NCBI GenBank assembly: GCA_965203315.1
Contig: OZ241857.1
Location: forward strand, 1,248,001-1,312,000
Length of the DNA: 64,000 nt
Source: Nitrosopumilus sp.
GTDB taxonomy: Archaea > Thermoproteota > Nitrososphaeria > Nitrososphaerales > Nitrosopumilaceae
Reading direction: 5' to 3'
Shown in pieces: positions 9,430 to 19,482 of this stretch. The notes below the pieces were generated by a model that was not told the origin of the DNA, did no database searches, and saw only the letters and a list, made by a program, of their open reading frames with translations. Every line of letters starts with the position of its first letter. Position 1 is the first letter of the stretch. A program made the translations under genes and the position numbers.

Positions 9430-10331
9430 ATGCCTAGAAGATCTTTGAGTCCTTTGTATCGATTTCTGATAGTGACTTCTGTAACGCTAGAAGCTTGGGC
9501 GATATCTCTTTGAGTCTTGTCTTCATTATTCTTTACACATGCTAGATACAGAGCTGCCGCTGCTAATCCCATAGGATCTTTACCTGCAGATATCTCTTTA
9601 GCTTGGGCCTGTTTTAGAACCTTGACTGCATGGCGTTTTGTCTTCTCGGCTATGTCGAGCTGACTTGCAATTCTTGCAACACATTGGATCGAGTCCATTA
9701 CTGGCATCTTTAGTTCAAGTTCTTTGATTAGTAAACGATAACATCTAGCAATATCCTTTCGTTTTATGTTGGCAGCTTCTTCAACGTCTTTGAGGTTTCG
9801 TGGCGTCGCTGTGTCTCTACATGCAACGTATAATGCAGATGCCATAAGCGCAGAGATCGATCTACCACGGACTAGTCCTTTCTCGAGTGCCTTTCGATAA
9901 ATGTATGCAGCCTTTTCTATTACGGCGTTTGATATTGCAAGTTTGTCTTTGAGTCTGTTTAGTTCATTGAATGCTTGTCGAAAGTTTCTATCGGCAGAGT
10001 CATGTACTTGACTTCGACTATCCCATGTTCGAAGTCGTTCTATAGTACCTTTCATAGATGTTGTGAGTGGTTTACCTGCTGCGTCACGATTGATCGGATT
10101 GATTACAGTTGCAAGTCCCATATCGTGTATAGTTAGTGATGTTGGTGCTCCGGCTCTAGCTCGATCACCACGCTCGTCTTGTGCAAATGATCGCCACTCT
10201 GGTCCAGACTCTTGTAATCGTTCATTTTGTACAAATCCACATCTAGGACAATATACCTCGCCAGACTCACTGTCAGCAACTAGAATACCATGTCCACATC
10301 TAGGACACGTCTCTTTGCTTCTACCCACCAT
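9426..10331 (-). CDS. tfb: Transcription initiation factor IIB (TFB)
   Basis: CPRC...CPRC Zn ribbon, GPEWRSF, RGRS, GKDPMGLAAAALY, VTEVTIRNRYK. Confidence 0.95.
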   Translation of the reverse strand: MVGRSKETCPRCGHGILVADSESGEVYCPRCGFVQNERLQESGPEWRSFAQDERGDRARAGAPTSLTIHDMGLATVINPINRDAAGKPLTTSMKGTIERLRTWDSRSQVHDSADRNFRQAFNELNRLKDKLAISNAVIEKAAYIYRKALEKGLVRGRSISALMASALYVACRDTATPRNLKDVEEAANIKRKDIARCYRLLIKELELKMPVMDSIQCVARIASQLDIAEKTKRHAVKVLKQAQAKEISAGKDPMGLAAAALYLACVKNNEDKTQRDIAQASSVTEVTIRNRYKGLKDLLGI

Positions 10332-10455
10332 TTTAAGTTCTCTTTGAATCTTGCACAAGTCGGTATTTATGAATCAACAGTTTGTACCAGTACAAACACA
10401 TTATCATGATCAGATTTAGAGACAAAATAATAGTCTATGATGTCACTAGTACAAT

Positions 10456-11367
10456 ATGTGGTGGATGTGGTTGGTTTTAGTTCTAGGAGTAGTCTATGCA
10501 TTTGAGGTATATGGTGAGACCATCAATCAGAGTTTTGAGGGTGGTATGAATGTAGAGATCATGTATCCCAAAGAGATGATCTCTGGGAGAGATGGAGTGA
10601 TATCGATGTTGGTGAAGAATAATGGGTGGGAGGACAAGCAAGATATAACATTCGAGTTTTCGTCTACTCTGAGACTAGTTTTAGATCCAACAAACATAAC
10701 AATACCTCGACTTACGCAAGGTGGATCGATTGGCCAGACCACTAAACTCCAAGTGTTAGACGATATAGAGCCTGGGACATATTTTGTAAATCTTAGATAT
10801 ACACAAGTTTTGATAGCAAACAATGAGACGCCTCAACCACCCACATCTTTTGATATTGCAATACCAATATCTGTTATAGGAGATCCTAGAGTTATAATTC
10901 ACACAAAGATGCCTGAATCTATATTTGCAGATGCCGAATTTCCGATAGAGTTTGAGATCGTGTCAAAAGATATCGATATCAGTGATGTAAATCTAAGAAT
11001 AATTCCTCCAGATGATATTGAGTTTAGAGGTGAGACTCAACATCTACTGTCAAAGATCCAAAAAACCATACCAGTTGGAATTACATCTAGAATCATAACG
11101 CCACCAGACAACATTGGTATCGAACATAAACTTCCATTTCAAATAATAATCGAGTATGTTAATGATATCGGTGAAACTAAGACCGATTCACAAACAGTAT
11201 CTGTAGTGTTACGACCACGTACATTTATGGAATTGACACCAGATGGTGGAATATGGATTGGTAATTTCTTTATCGCGCCATATGTTAGTATTGGAACTAT
11301 TATTGGAATTCCGGCAGGTACTATACTTTCTCTACTTATCAAGAGACGACAAGATCGAAAAGGCTAA
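10456..11367 (+). CDS. Secreted protein with Ig-like/S-layer-type domains and C-terminal TM anchor
   Basis: Signal peptide, repeated beta-sandwich pattern, C-terminal TM plus KRR. Confidence 0.7.
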   Translation: MWWMWLVLVLGVVYAFEVYGETINQSFEGGMNVEIMYPKEMISGRDGVISMLVKNNGWEDKQDITFEFSSTLRLVLDPTNITIPRLTQGGSIGQTTKLQVLDDIEPGTYFVNLRYTQVLIANNETPQPPTSFDIAIPISVIGDPRVIIHTKMPESIFADAEFPIEFEIVSKDIDISDVNLRIIPPDDIEFRGETQHLLSKIQKTIPVGITSRIITPPDNIGIEHKLPFQIIIEYVNDIGETKTDSQTVSVVLRPRTFMELTPDGGIWIGNFFIAPYVSIGTIIGIPAGTILSLLIKRRQDRKG

Positions 11368-11660
11368 CCAAGTCTTGTTTGTATGTGTGTAGTATATTTG
11401 GAGCTATACTCGTTAAAGATATCAATCTTATCCCATGCTAAAGCCATTGCGCCTGGTCTACTGTTTATGTGTTGTACTGCTGCTTGATGTTCGTGTAAGA
11501 TCGATAACAGCTGCTCATTGGTACATGTATCGAGTTTAGAGATCAAGAGTTGGAGTTCAAGGTCAAGGATCTCTCTAGTCTCAATAGCTGGTGGCATAGC
11601 ACCGATTATCTCTTTTGTCGTAATATTACCAAAGACCTTTCTATCTAGTTTGTGCAACAC
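11364..11660 (-). CDS. Hypothetical protein
   Basis: 98-aa ORF abutting neighbours. Confidence 0.6.
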   Translation of the reverse strand: MLHKLDRKVFGNITTKEIIGAMPPAIETREILDLELQLLISKLDTCTNEQLLSILHEHQAAVQHINSRPGAMALAWDKIDIFNEYSSKYTTHIQTRLG

Positions 11661-11697
11661 TTGAAAGATTTGAACATCTAGATATAAACTCGAATAT

Positions 11698-11943
11698 CTA
11701 GCTCAGCTCGCCAAGAAAGTGGACCGTATCACTATTTACGATAACTGTTCTGTCTTTTGGTACACGATAGAGTTTTTTGGAACCGTTTGGGTGTTGAACA
11801 ATAATCTTAGAGTAGGGATCCTTGATTGATTTGTACGATACTCCTCTGTCACCGACCGACTGAGACCAGTTGGTTCCATGAAGGAAGATTATCGTCTGAA
11901 AACGAACAACTACGTATGAATAGACCATCACATATAGATACAA
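11698..11943 (-). CDS. Small hypothetical protein
   Basis: 81-aa ORF (start may be at MVYSY). Confidence 0.55.
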   Translation of the reverse strand: MYLYVMVYSYVVVRFQTIIFLHGTNWSQSVGDRGVSYKSIKDPYSKIIVQHPNGSKKLYRVPKDRTVIVNSDTVHFLGELS

Positions 11944-12148
11944 GCCTCAGTTCATTAAAGATTTCTTTTTAGGGACCAAGCTATACGGACATGGAAGGTT
12001 CTCCAAGATCTACATTTCGCATTTTAGTCATTATCTCTTAACTAGATCTGTCTACATGTTTTGGACCATGTTAGTGGAGGACGGAAATAAATTTACACTG
12101 GTCTCAGCGATTTCCTATCATGCTCAACATTTTGCCACTCTCGACTAT

Positions 12149-12412
12149 CAGTTAACCCAATGTGTGTCTTTAGTGGAAGATATTACAATATCTAAAAAGA
12201 AACATTACTCAATTGGCTCTGCAACCACGAATCTGTTTTAGAACAACAACCAGCAAAACCGTTTGGTCGTCTTTCATGTCTAGAAATATCACTTTCATTA
12301 CAACTTTTGATTAGGAAAACGCCTATGGAAAAATTATCGCGGATGTCCACTAGGTAATAATCTCAGCAAAACATTGTACTGTCTTTTCAAAAAAACACAT
12401 TTGGGTTAACTA
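12149..12412. mobile_element. Putative MITE with ~40-bp imperfect TIRs
   Basis: cagttaacccaatgtgtgtctttagtggaagatattacaat vs reverse complement of right end tagttaacccaaatgtgtttttttgaaaagacagtacaat. Confidence 0.5.
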
Positions 12413-12428
12413 AAGTACTGTACATCTA

Positions 12429-13346
12429 GTGTACTTCACAATAAGAATTTATTACCCTAGTTGCCAAGTTGCAGTATTGTCCAGTGTAGATACAGAAAGA
12501 GGCAACATAAGATGCTCAGTATGTGATTTACAATTTATGCACAGTGAGATAAAATGGCGTCCCATGCAAATGGAATATTTCAGTGAAGAAAGTATGAAAA
12601 ATATGAAAAATAGGGGAGCAGATCCAAGACTCCTTCGTGAAATACGAAAGAGGAAAGAAGAGATGAGACATCTTCAAATAAAATTGCGTAGCAACAAGTA
12701 TAACTCGGTAATAGATTCCATCATAAGAAAGATCAAGAATAGTTGTGATGATGACTTTGTAAAAAAGTACAAAGTCAGTATGTTAGAGTTTACCAAAGAG
12801 ATTCGAAAGAGACTCAAGCCAGATGTAAGAAAGTATGTAGATAATTTTACAATGTATCCAGGATGGATATTTGGATGCTATGGCTTTCCATATAAAGATG
12901 AATGTCCAGGATGTAAGTCTGACATAATACTAGTTTGGTTAGGACTTGAATCCATGAAATATAGCTACAATACAGGTGCCAAAGGGAATGATGACTGGAC
13001 CATATTCAAATGTAAATCATGTAAAACAAAGATTGTTGCCGAAGAGCACGTCTGGCACTATGTTAATAACTCAGAAAATGAATTTTTGAGGACCATATGC
13101 CAAAACTGCCACAAACCACAAAAGTATCCATACGCATTTTCATGGATGCCATTAGAGGTATTTAGTGGTGGAACACATGCTCAGGTACACAAACAGTGGT
13201 ATCCCGAATGGATATTCGCTAGACAGACAGTGTATACATACGATGAAGATGTTGGTCTAGTCGATACAGAGATATACACGGTGGTAAAAGATGAAGCTCT
13301 TGCAAAGAGAGTGTCAAAAATATTCGAACAACTAGATAAGAGATAG
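12429..13346 (+). CDS. Hypothetical protein with four CxxC motifs
   Basis: 305-aa ORF; CSVC, CPGC, CKSC, CQNC. Confidence 0.65.
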   Translation: MYFTIRIYYPSCQVAVLSSVDTERGNIRCSVCDLQFMHSEIKWRPMQMEYFSEESMKNMKNRGADPRLLREIRKRKEEMRHLQIKLRSNKYNSVIDSIIRKIKNSCDDDFVKKYKVSMLEFTKEIRKRLKPDVRKYVDNFTMYPGWIFGCYGFPYKDECPGCKSDIILVWLGLESMKYSYNTGAKGNDDWTIFKCKSCKTKIVAEEHVWHYVNNSENEFLRTICQNCHKPQKYPYAFSWMPLEVFSGGTHAQVHKQWYPEWIFARQTVYTYDEDVGLVDTEIYTVVKDEALAKRVSKIFEQLDKR

Positions 13347-13374
13347 TTCAAATATCTTTGATACAACTGCTTCA

Positions 13375-13722
13375 AGACCTGTGAGAGAGTTTTGTAATCT
13401 ATATATCGTATGCGTATTTCTTATGTCTCGTACATATTTGAGGTGCAACGAAACATACATGTGTGATTTCTAGAGGCAAATTGATTCATTGTTGTCGTGT
13501 TTGATGATTGGACATGGGCACTCTTAATAATACGCATACAGTCTAATGATTCGATATTTTCCGACCCTGACCTTGTAGTCGTTTGAATTTACTAACGGCG
13601 TAACATGACTGTATGGGTCTACTTTGATATCGCTCACCATATTCAAAATTCTTATACATTCGTGTTTGAAGTTTGTTGAGATCCTTTTGAGAATTGTTGG
13701 TCCAAAATACAGTCCATTCCAT
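13375..13722 (-). pseudogene. relE: RelE/ParE-family toxin pseudogene (frameshift plus MITE insertion)
   Basis: ATG 13722 MEWTVFWTNNSQKDLNKLQ; frameshift; RILNMVSDIKVDPY...YKVRVGKYRII; MITE; then KITKLSHRS-like C-terminus. Confidence 0.7.
13404..13543. mobile_element. MITE copy 1 (~140 bp)
   Basis: Highly similar to 16042..16179; TIR gtatgcgtatt/aatacgcatac; inserted in relE. Confidence 0.75.
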
Positions 13723-13827
13723 AATTTCACTTGGGTTTGCAATCTACTATTGAAGGCACTGAAGATACTGCAATACTAATGTTCTGATAGTGTTTACACA
13801 TCATATCCATCATAGACTTCATATCTT

Positions 13828-14067
13828 TTATAATTTGTTCATCTTTGTAATTGCCACCAACATCTCTTCATGTGTAATAACTTGGCCGTTTTTAACTTGT
13901 TCGGCGCCTTTTTTAATATCTAATCGATCTTGGATGGTCAACATGGTGTCCTCTTTGTCCATTAGATGAATAATCCTTTCAACGACAGACTCAAGCGATT
14001 CGTCAGGATGGTGCTTGTATTTTTTACATATATCTTCAGATGTATCGGATATTTTGATTATAGCCAT
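13828..14067 (-). CDS. Putative archaeal antitoxin
   Basis: IKISD...K.HPDESLESVVERII...LT......IKKGAEQVKNGQVITHEE, typical of archaeal RelE-associated antitoxins; lies upstream of relE remnant. Confidence 0.7.
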   Translation of the reverse strand: MAIIKISDTSEDICKKYKHHPDESLESVVERIIHLMDKEDTMLTIQDRLDIKKGAEQVKNGQVITHEEMLVAITKMNKL

Positions 14068-14204
14068 CTGTACATCAAACATCTATGTAATATTTAACTG
14101 CGAGATATTGTGGTTCTGTGAAGTTATCGGGAGTTGAGATTTTAAGCATGAAAGATTGCAAGATCGTTCAACCATACAAATATCATAAACAAAAAAAGAG
14201 AAAA

Positions 14205-14830
14205 ATTAAAGCGATCTCTTGTAGAGGCTTGCATTCTGGATGATTGTTCTCCACTTGTTGGGTCCATCGATCAAGATCAGTTCTTCTTCAGCTGGAGTCT
14301 TGCCTCCCAGACTCTCGTGTTTTTGGTACAATTGTAAAATGTTCTAAATCCACCTACCAGACTTGTATCATCTTTCTTGAGACCTCTAAATGCTACTTCT
14401 CGATCTCGGATTGTACTATTCAGTCGCTCCATCTTGTTGTTATTATCTCTTGATCTCTTGCCTGTGAGATGAATGTGTTTGATGTGTCTCGTCTTTTTCC
14501 GAATATACGCTTACTAGATTTCTCATAGGCTGGTAGGCCGTCCGTGATGAAATTGATTGGTCTCTTACTAGTCTGTTCCAGAGTTTGACATAGAAACTGA
14601 TCGGCATTGTGCATATACGTTGAATCTGCCACTTCATATGTAATCCAATATCGTGTATCATCGTCCATGAAACTATACAGGTATCTTTACAATCCAGATA
14701 TCTTGAGATACAACTCGTCAGCGCGGTACCATTTACCTACACGTGGTATGATCTATCCATGTATGCACAAGACAGATCAAAATATTTGTCAATCCAGTTG
14801 TATATTGAGCGGTACGATACCTTGTGAAAT
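14205..14830 (-). pseudogene. IS6-like DDE transposase remnant
   Basis: Fragments W.ADELYLKISG*RYLYSFMDDDTRYWI...P..FITDGLPAY with stops and frameshifts. Confidence 0.75.
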
Positions 14831-14976
14831 AACGTTTTAATACTAGATTTATTTATCTATAATTAAATACAAGTCGTGTATCAAATTGTAGGAAATTTTT
14901 GTTTGTGTATTGTGTTTTTGGTATAAAATTGCCTAAATATAATCTCCTTTTATGTTAAAGACGCTTACTTTAGTTA

Positions 14977-15900
14977 GTGTTGACAGAAAATATCCCTAGT
15001 GAATATGATGCTGGGCATGAATCACATGCTTGTGATAACAATTCCACTATCACCGATATTGAACGAGGTGAGATGGTTTGTGGAGGATGTGGTCTAATAC
15101 TAATGCAAAAGATGCCAGATACATCATATCAAGGAAAGCATTTAGTCGGTGACGACTTTATGAAGCATTCAAGGACTGGTCCTGCAATATCATTAACGAT
15201 GTATGATAAGGGACTCTCAACCATAATTGGTAAAAATACAGACTCGACAGGAGCTAAATTGTCCAATAAAACAAAGTATGAGTTTAATCGACTCCGAGTT
15301 TGGGATCAACGTAGTAAGTCAAGAGCTACAACTAGACTCGGTAAAGCGTTGACTTCACTGCATGGAATGAAGACAAAGTTGAGTGTTCCAGATAACGTCG
15401 TTGAGAATGCTGCGTATATCTATCGGAAAGCAGTAAGTGCAGGAATGACACGCGGAAGAACTACATCTTCATTGATTGCTGCCTCTTTATATGCTGCGTG
15501 TAGAGAACATGGCATTCCAAGAACATTGAATGATGTTGCAGATGCAGTAAATGTTGAGAAGAAGATATTGTCTAGAGATTTGAGAATGTTGATCAAGAAA
15601 CTAGATCTAAACCTAAACCAATATGACACAACATCGTTTATCTCCAAGCTCTCAAACAATCTAAGCCTAAAAGAGAAGATAAAGCGCGATGCAATAGACA
15701 TCTTGGAAAGATGTAAAGATCAACAAATTACTGCAGGAAAACATCCAGTTGCCCAAGCTGCAGCTGCGCTTTATATTGCAACATTGCTAAATGGACAGAA
15801 CTTGAGTCAGAAACGACTTGCAAAAGAATCTGGAATTAGTGACGTAACTATACGAAATATCGTAGTGTCAATTAAAAAAACACTAAAGATTACCGACTAG
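14977..15900 (+). CDS. tfb: Transcription initiation factor IIB paralog
   Basis: HAC...GEMVCGGCG Zn ribbon, RLRVWDQRS, AAYIYRKA, RGR, GKHPVAQAAAALY, VTIRN. Confidence 0.9.
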   Translation: MLTENIPSEYDAGHESHACDNNSTITDIERGEMVCGGCGLILMQKMPDTSYQGKHLVGDDFMKHSRTGPAISLTMYDKGLSTIIGKNTDSTGAKLSNKTKYEFNRLRVWDQRSKSRATTRLGKALTSLHGMKTKLSVPDNVVENAAYIYRKAVSAGMTRGRTTSSLIAASLYAACREHGIPRTLNDVADAVNVEKKILSRDLRMLIKKLDLNLNQYDTTSFISKLSNNLSLKEKIKRDAIDILERCKDQQITAGKHPVAQAAAALYIATLLNGQNLSQKRLAKESGISDVTIRNIVVSIKKTLKITD

Positions 15901-16041
15901 ATACTTTTCTTCCATCATATTTTTTATTAGGCGATTAGCTACATGGCCCTAACATGTACTGAACCAATAAATCAAACAGATCGCAATCTCGATTACTGTA
16001 TCGCCACTCCATCTCCTTGAGATACAATAAGAATTTCTTTA

Positions 16042-16179
16042 GAGTGTATGCGTATTTCTTATGTCTCGTACATATTTGAGGTACAGTGAAACACACATGT
16101 GATTTCTAAAGGCAAATTGGTTCATTGTTGTCATGTTTGATGATTGGGTATGGACATTCTCAATAATACGCATACAGTC
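16042..16179. mobile_element. MITE copy 2 (138 bp) with TTA target duplication
   Basis: TIR gagtgtatgcgtatt / aatacgcatacagtc; TTA at 16039..16041 and 16180..16182 (IS5/PIF-Harbinger-like TWA target). Confidence 0.8.
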
Positions 16180-16230
16180 TTATGTTTATATTAGATTTTT
16201 ATTTTAGTCTGTAAAGATGACACCGATTAA

Positions 16231-16438
16231 CATACATTACAACCATACATTACAACCATACATTACAACCATACATTACAACCATACATTACAACCATAC
16301 ATTACAACCATACATTACAACCATACATTACAACCATACATTACAACCATACATTACAACCATACATTACAACCATACATTACAACCATACATTACAACC
16401 ATACATTACAACCATACATTACAACCATACATTACAAC
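16231..16438. repeat. Perfect tandem repeat, 16 x 13 bp (CATACATTACAAC)
   Basis: Directly visible; no spacers. Confidence 0.95.
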
Positions 16439-16780
16439 CAAGAATAGATTGTTAATTACTATACCAAGGAGTGATAAACTCTGAATATTGGTGTGGTACA
16501 TCCAATGTTAAATTTATTAGGCGGGTCTGAACAAACCACGAGATCAATATTACAAACACTGGTAGATTATAGACATAATGTTACACTTTACACGATGACA
16601 GATTCATGTATAGAAATTCCTGATAACGTTCATATTAAAAAACAAAAAATATTATTTAACACATCTTGGGAAATTTTATACAATACACACAAATTGTTCA
16701 AAAAAACAAAAAGTTGTGATATGATTATAATAAGCAGTGGTGGTCTCTCTTTTTCTGAATCCAACAAAAATACAATACTA

Positions 16781-18313
16781 TAGTCACGAACATAATTATT
16801 TTCCGGTTCGTTTTTGCCAAATGATGTGATTTCTTTCAACATACTCGTTGAAATCACATTGATCATAAAACATACGAGGCAATAACAACAAAAAATCACT
16901 GATTATTAGTTCATGGTTGGAAATAAACAAAGATGATTAGTGACCAAAATTTAAAATGTCCAATGGCGCACAAAAAATTTAAATTTTTGTTAATGTTGGT
17001 ATTGAACAATAATAATTAACTAATTGATCATGTTTAGTTGACTATACATGTTTATTTGTTACTATCTTTTATGATATGTAATGAATCAAGTATGTGAGGA
17101 TATGGTTAACTACATCAAAAACATGCCAAACCATAACGTACAAAAAAGAATTATTGTTGTACTAATGGTACTAAATTTTAGTTACACACAAGTAAAAGCT
17201 GCAGAGATGGCAGGAATTACACCTCGCACCGTATTTAATTGGATTACACGGTATCAGAAAGAAGGAATTGAGGGACTCAAAGACAAGTCAGGTCGAGGAA
17301 GGAAACCAAAAGTATCTAACCGAATGTTTGAGTACATACTGGGACTCGACAGCACCACAACAGTACAAAGAATTTTAGAGTTGGTTTTCAATATAACAAA
17401 AGTACGATATCATCCCAGCACAATACGACGCAGAATGAGAGAGCTAAGACGCTCTGCAAAGAGCTATGTCCAAGTACATTTCACTAATCGAGCCAGTGAT
17501 GAAATGATAAAAAAATTCCAAAGAGCCAACATATCTTGGATTTCACGTCTAAACAACATGGGATTTCTAGTGATGGCAGTAGATGAGATGCACATCAACA
17601 CCCACACAAAACGTCGTGTAAAAAGTTGGTCAAGGATAGGTGAAAAGATACGCATGCTAGCAGTAGCAGGAAAAGCTGAGAGAATAACAATATTTGGAGG
17701 AATCAGCACTAACGGAAAAATATGTCATACAATACGTCATTCAGCAAATTCTAAAGACTTTATAGCATTTATGAAGATCATACGAAAGATGCGTCCCATG
17801 ATAGAACCAATAATACTCATCCTTGACGGTGCATCCTGTCACACTAGTCAAATAAGTAGACGATTTGCAAAAGAAAATAACATAAAGTTAGTGCAATTAC
17901 CAGCTGCTGTTCCTGAACTCAATGCATCAGAAGCACTCTGGAAACAGTTTAGACAATATACTCCAGTCAACAAAGTCTTTAAAACACTACGATCTCTAGA
18001 GAAACATGCAGATGAAACTATGAAAATCATGAAATGCAACGCAAATGTCATGGGTTGTCTTAAGAGAAAGATAATTACGCCAAAAATATAGCTTGAAATT
18101 ACAAAAATCATTGTGTCGTGCAAGAATAAATCATGCAGACGACCATAAAATTTTGATTGTTTTGTGTATTGGCGTGAATATCTTTACAACAAATCAAAAT
18201 TTATCTGACTTTTTTCGTATTTTATGATAATCGTTGTGATTTGAGCTACACGATTAACAAAAGGCAACACGATTGCTTAACAACGAACCGGAAAATAATT
18301 ATGTTCGTGACTA
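16781..18313 (+). mobile_element. IS630-family insertion sequence
   Basis: ~32-bp perfect TIR tagtcacgaacataattattttccggttcgtt; TA target duplication. Confidence 0.92.
17081..18091 (+). CDS. IS630-family transposase
   Basis: HTH (TVFNWITRYQKEGIEGL.DK.GRGRKP), VDE, ILDGASCH, PELNASEALW. Confidence 0.92.
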   Translation: MNQVCEDMVNYIKNMPNHNVQKRIIVVLMVLNFSYTQVKAAEMAGITPRTVFNWITRYQKEGIEGLKDKSGRGRKPKVSNRMFEYILGLDSTTTVQRILELVFNITKVRYHPSTIRRRMRELRRSAKSYVQVHFTNRASDEMIKKFQRANISWISRLNNMGFLVMAVDEMHINTHTKRRVKSWSRIGEKIRMLAVAGKAERITIFGGISTNGKICHTIRHSANSKDFIAFMKIIRKMRPMIEPIILILDGASCHTSQISRRFAKENNIKLVQLPAAVPELNASEALWKQFRQYTPVNKVFKTLRSLEKHADETMKIMKCNANVMGCLKRKIITPKI

Positions 18314-19261
18314 TATATTGTCATTCCACTTTTGAACAAGAATTGAAAAATATTAATGTGGAACCAAGAGGAAAACTCAAACTATATAGAAAATGGGTGC
18401 AAAAATATAATAAAAAACAAATAGACATGTTTAAAAGATCATCAGCCAAGTACATTGCAAATTCATTATATACAAAAAACAAACTTGAAGAACTGTTTAA
18501 TATTAATTCAATTGTAATTTATCCACCTGTTAAAACAGTACAGTCAAATCTACAAAAAAGAAAAGGTATAATCACTATTGCAAGATTTGCACCAGAAAAG
18601 AATCTTGAATTCAACATCAAAGTATTACAAGATATACAAATACCAATATTACATTATGGTAATGCTGTATCTCCATATCAATATTCATATTTTAAACAAA
18701 TAAAAGAAATGACAACTAGGCATAACCATATTAAATTATTGTTGAACCAACCTAGAAAAAATATAGAATCTAGTTTATCACAAACCAAAGTATATTTCTC
18801 AACCAGTAAAGAAACATTTGGCATTGCTGTTGTGGAAAGTATAATGGCAGGTTGCATCCCAATCGTTCCAGATCATACTGCAAACAAGGAAACGGTGCCA
18901 TTTAAAGAGTTGAGATTCAAAGAAGACGACAAAAAGGATGCGAAAGAAAAACTAGAATTGGCATTGTCAGGAGATTATGGCAAGTACCTACCAGAATTAC
19001 AAGAACATGCCAAACAGTTTACAGAAAAAGAGTTCCACAAAAATATAAATTCATATATATCAAAAATATAACAAACCGAGATAAAATATGTGATTTATCT
19101 AAATAATATTATAAAATACAATAAAGAAACATCTTGATGTTTATGGCACTGTACATTATGCATAATTTGTTTTAAGATGTATATTTAAAAATTAAATATT
19201 CTAAATGATAACTTACCACAAACACGTATGATGGCATAGTTTGATTATTGTATTAGTACAT

Positions 19262-19480
19262 CTATTGATAAAAGTCAGGTTCTTGATCCCGTTTCTGTTT
19301 TGGAAGATCATTCATTATCGCTTGAACTACCTCAGAGTGATTGTATGTCAGATGACGAAGAAACTTTGCAGACTCGTCTGCGCGTGTTTTTTCATCCGCG
19401 AATAACATGGTAGGACTATTCATCTCATTCATTATACTATAGCATTCTTTGCAAGGCTCAAAGTCTAGATATAACTTCAT
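19262..19480 (-). CDS. Small hypothetical protein (CxxC...H...H), last gene of hsp20-cdc48 operon
   Basis: 72-aa ORF 2 bp downstream of cdc48. Confidence 0.65.
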   Translation of the reverse strand: MKLYLDFEPCKECYSIMNEMNSPTMLFADEKTRADESAKFLRHLTYNHSEVVQAIMNDLPKQKRDQEPDFYQ

Positions 19481-19482
19481 TG

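Larger units (their letters stand above)
16481..19071 (+). pseudogene. GT4-family glycosyltransferase split by IS630
   Basis: N-part NIGVVHPMLNLLGGSEQ...NKNTIL; C-part YCHS...IANSLYT...VIYPPV...ARFAPEKN...ETFGIAVVESIMAGCIP. Confidence 0.85.

Noticed and set aside
16217-16447. 76-aa repetitive ORF (HYNHTLQPYITTI)n, or a CRISPR array
   Set aside because: It is the translation of a 13-bp tandem repeat; there are no spacers and no cas genes
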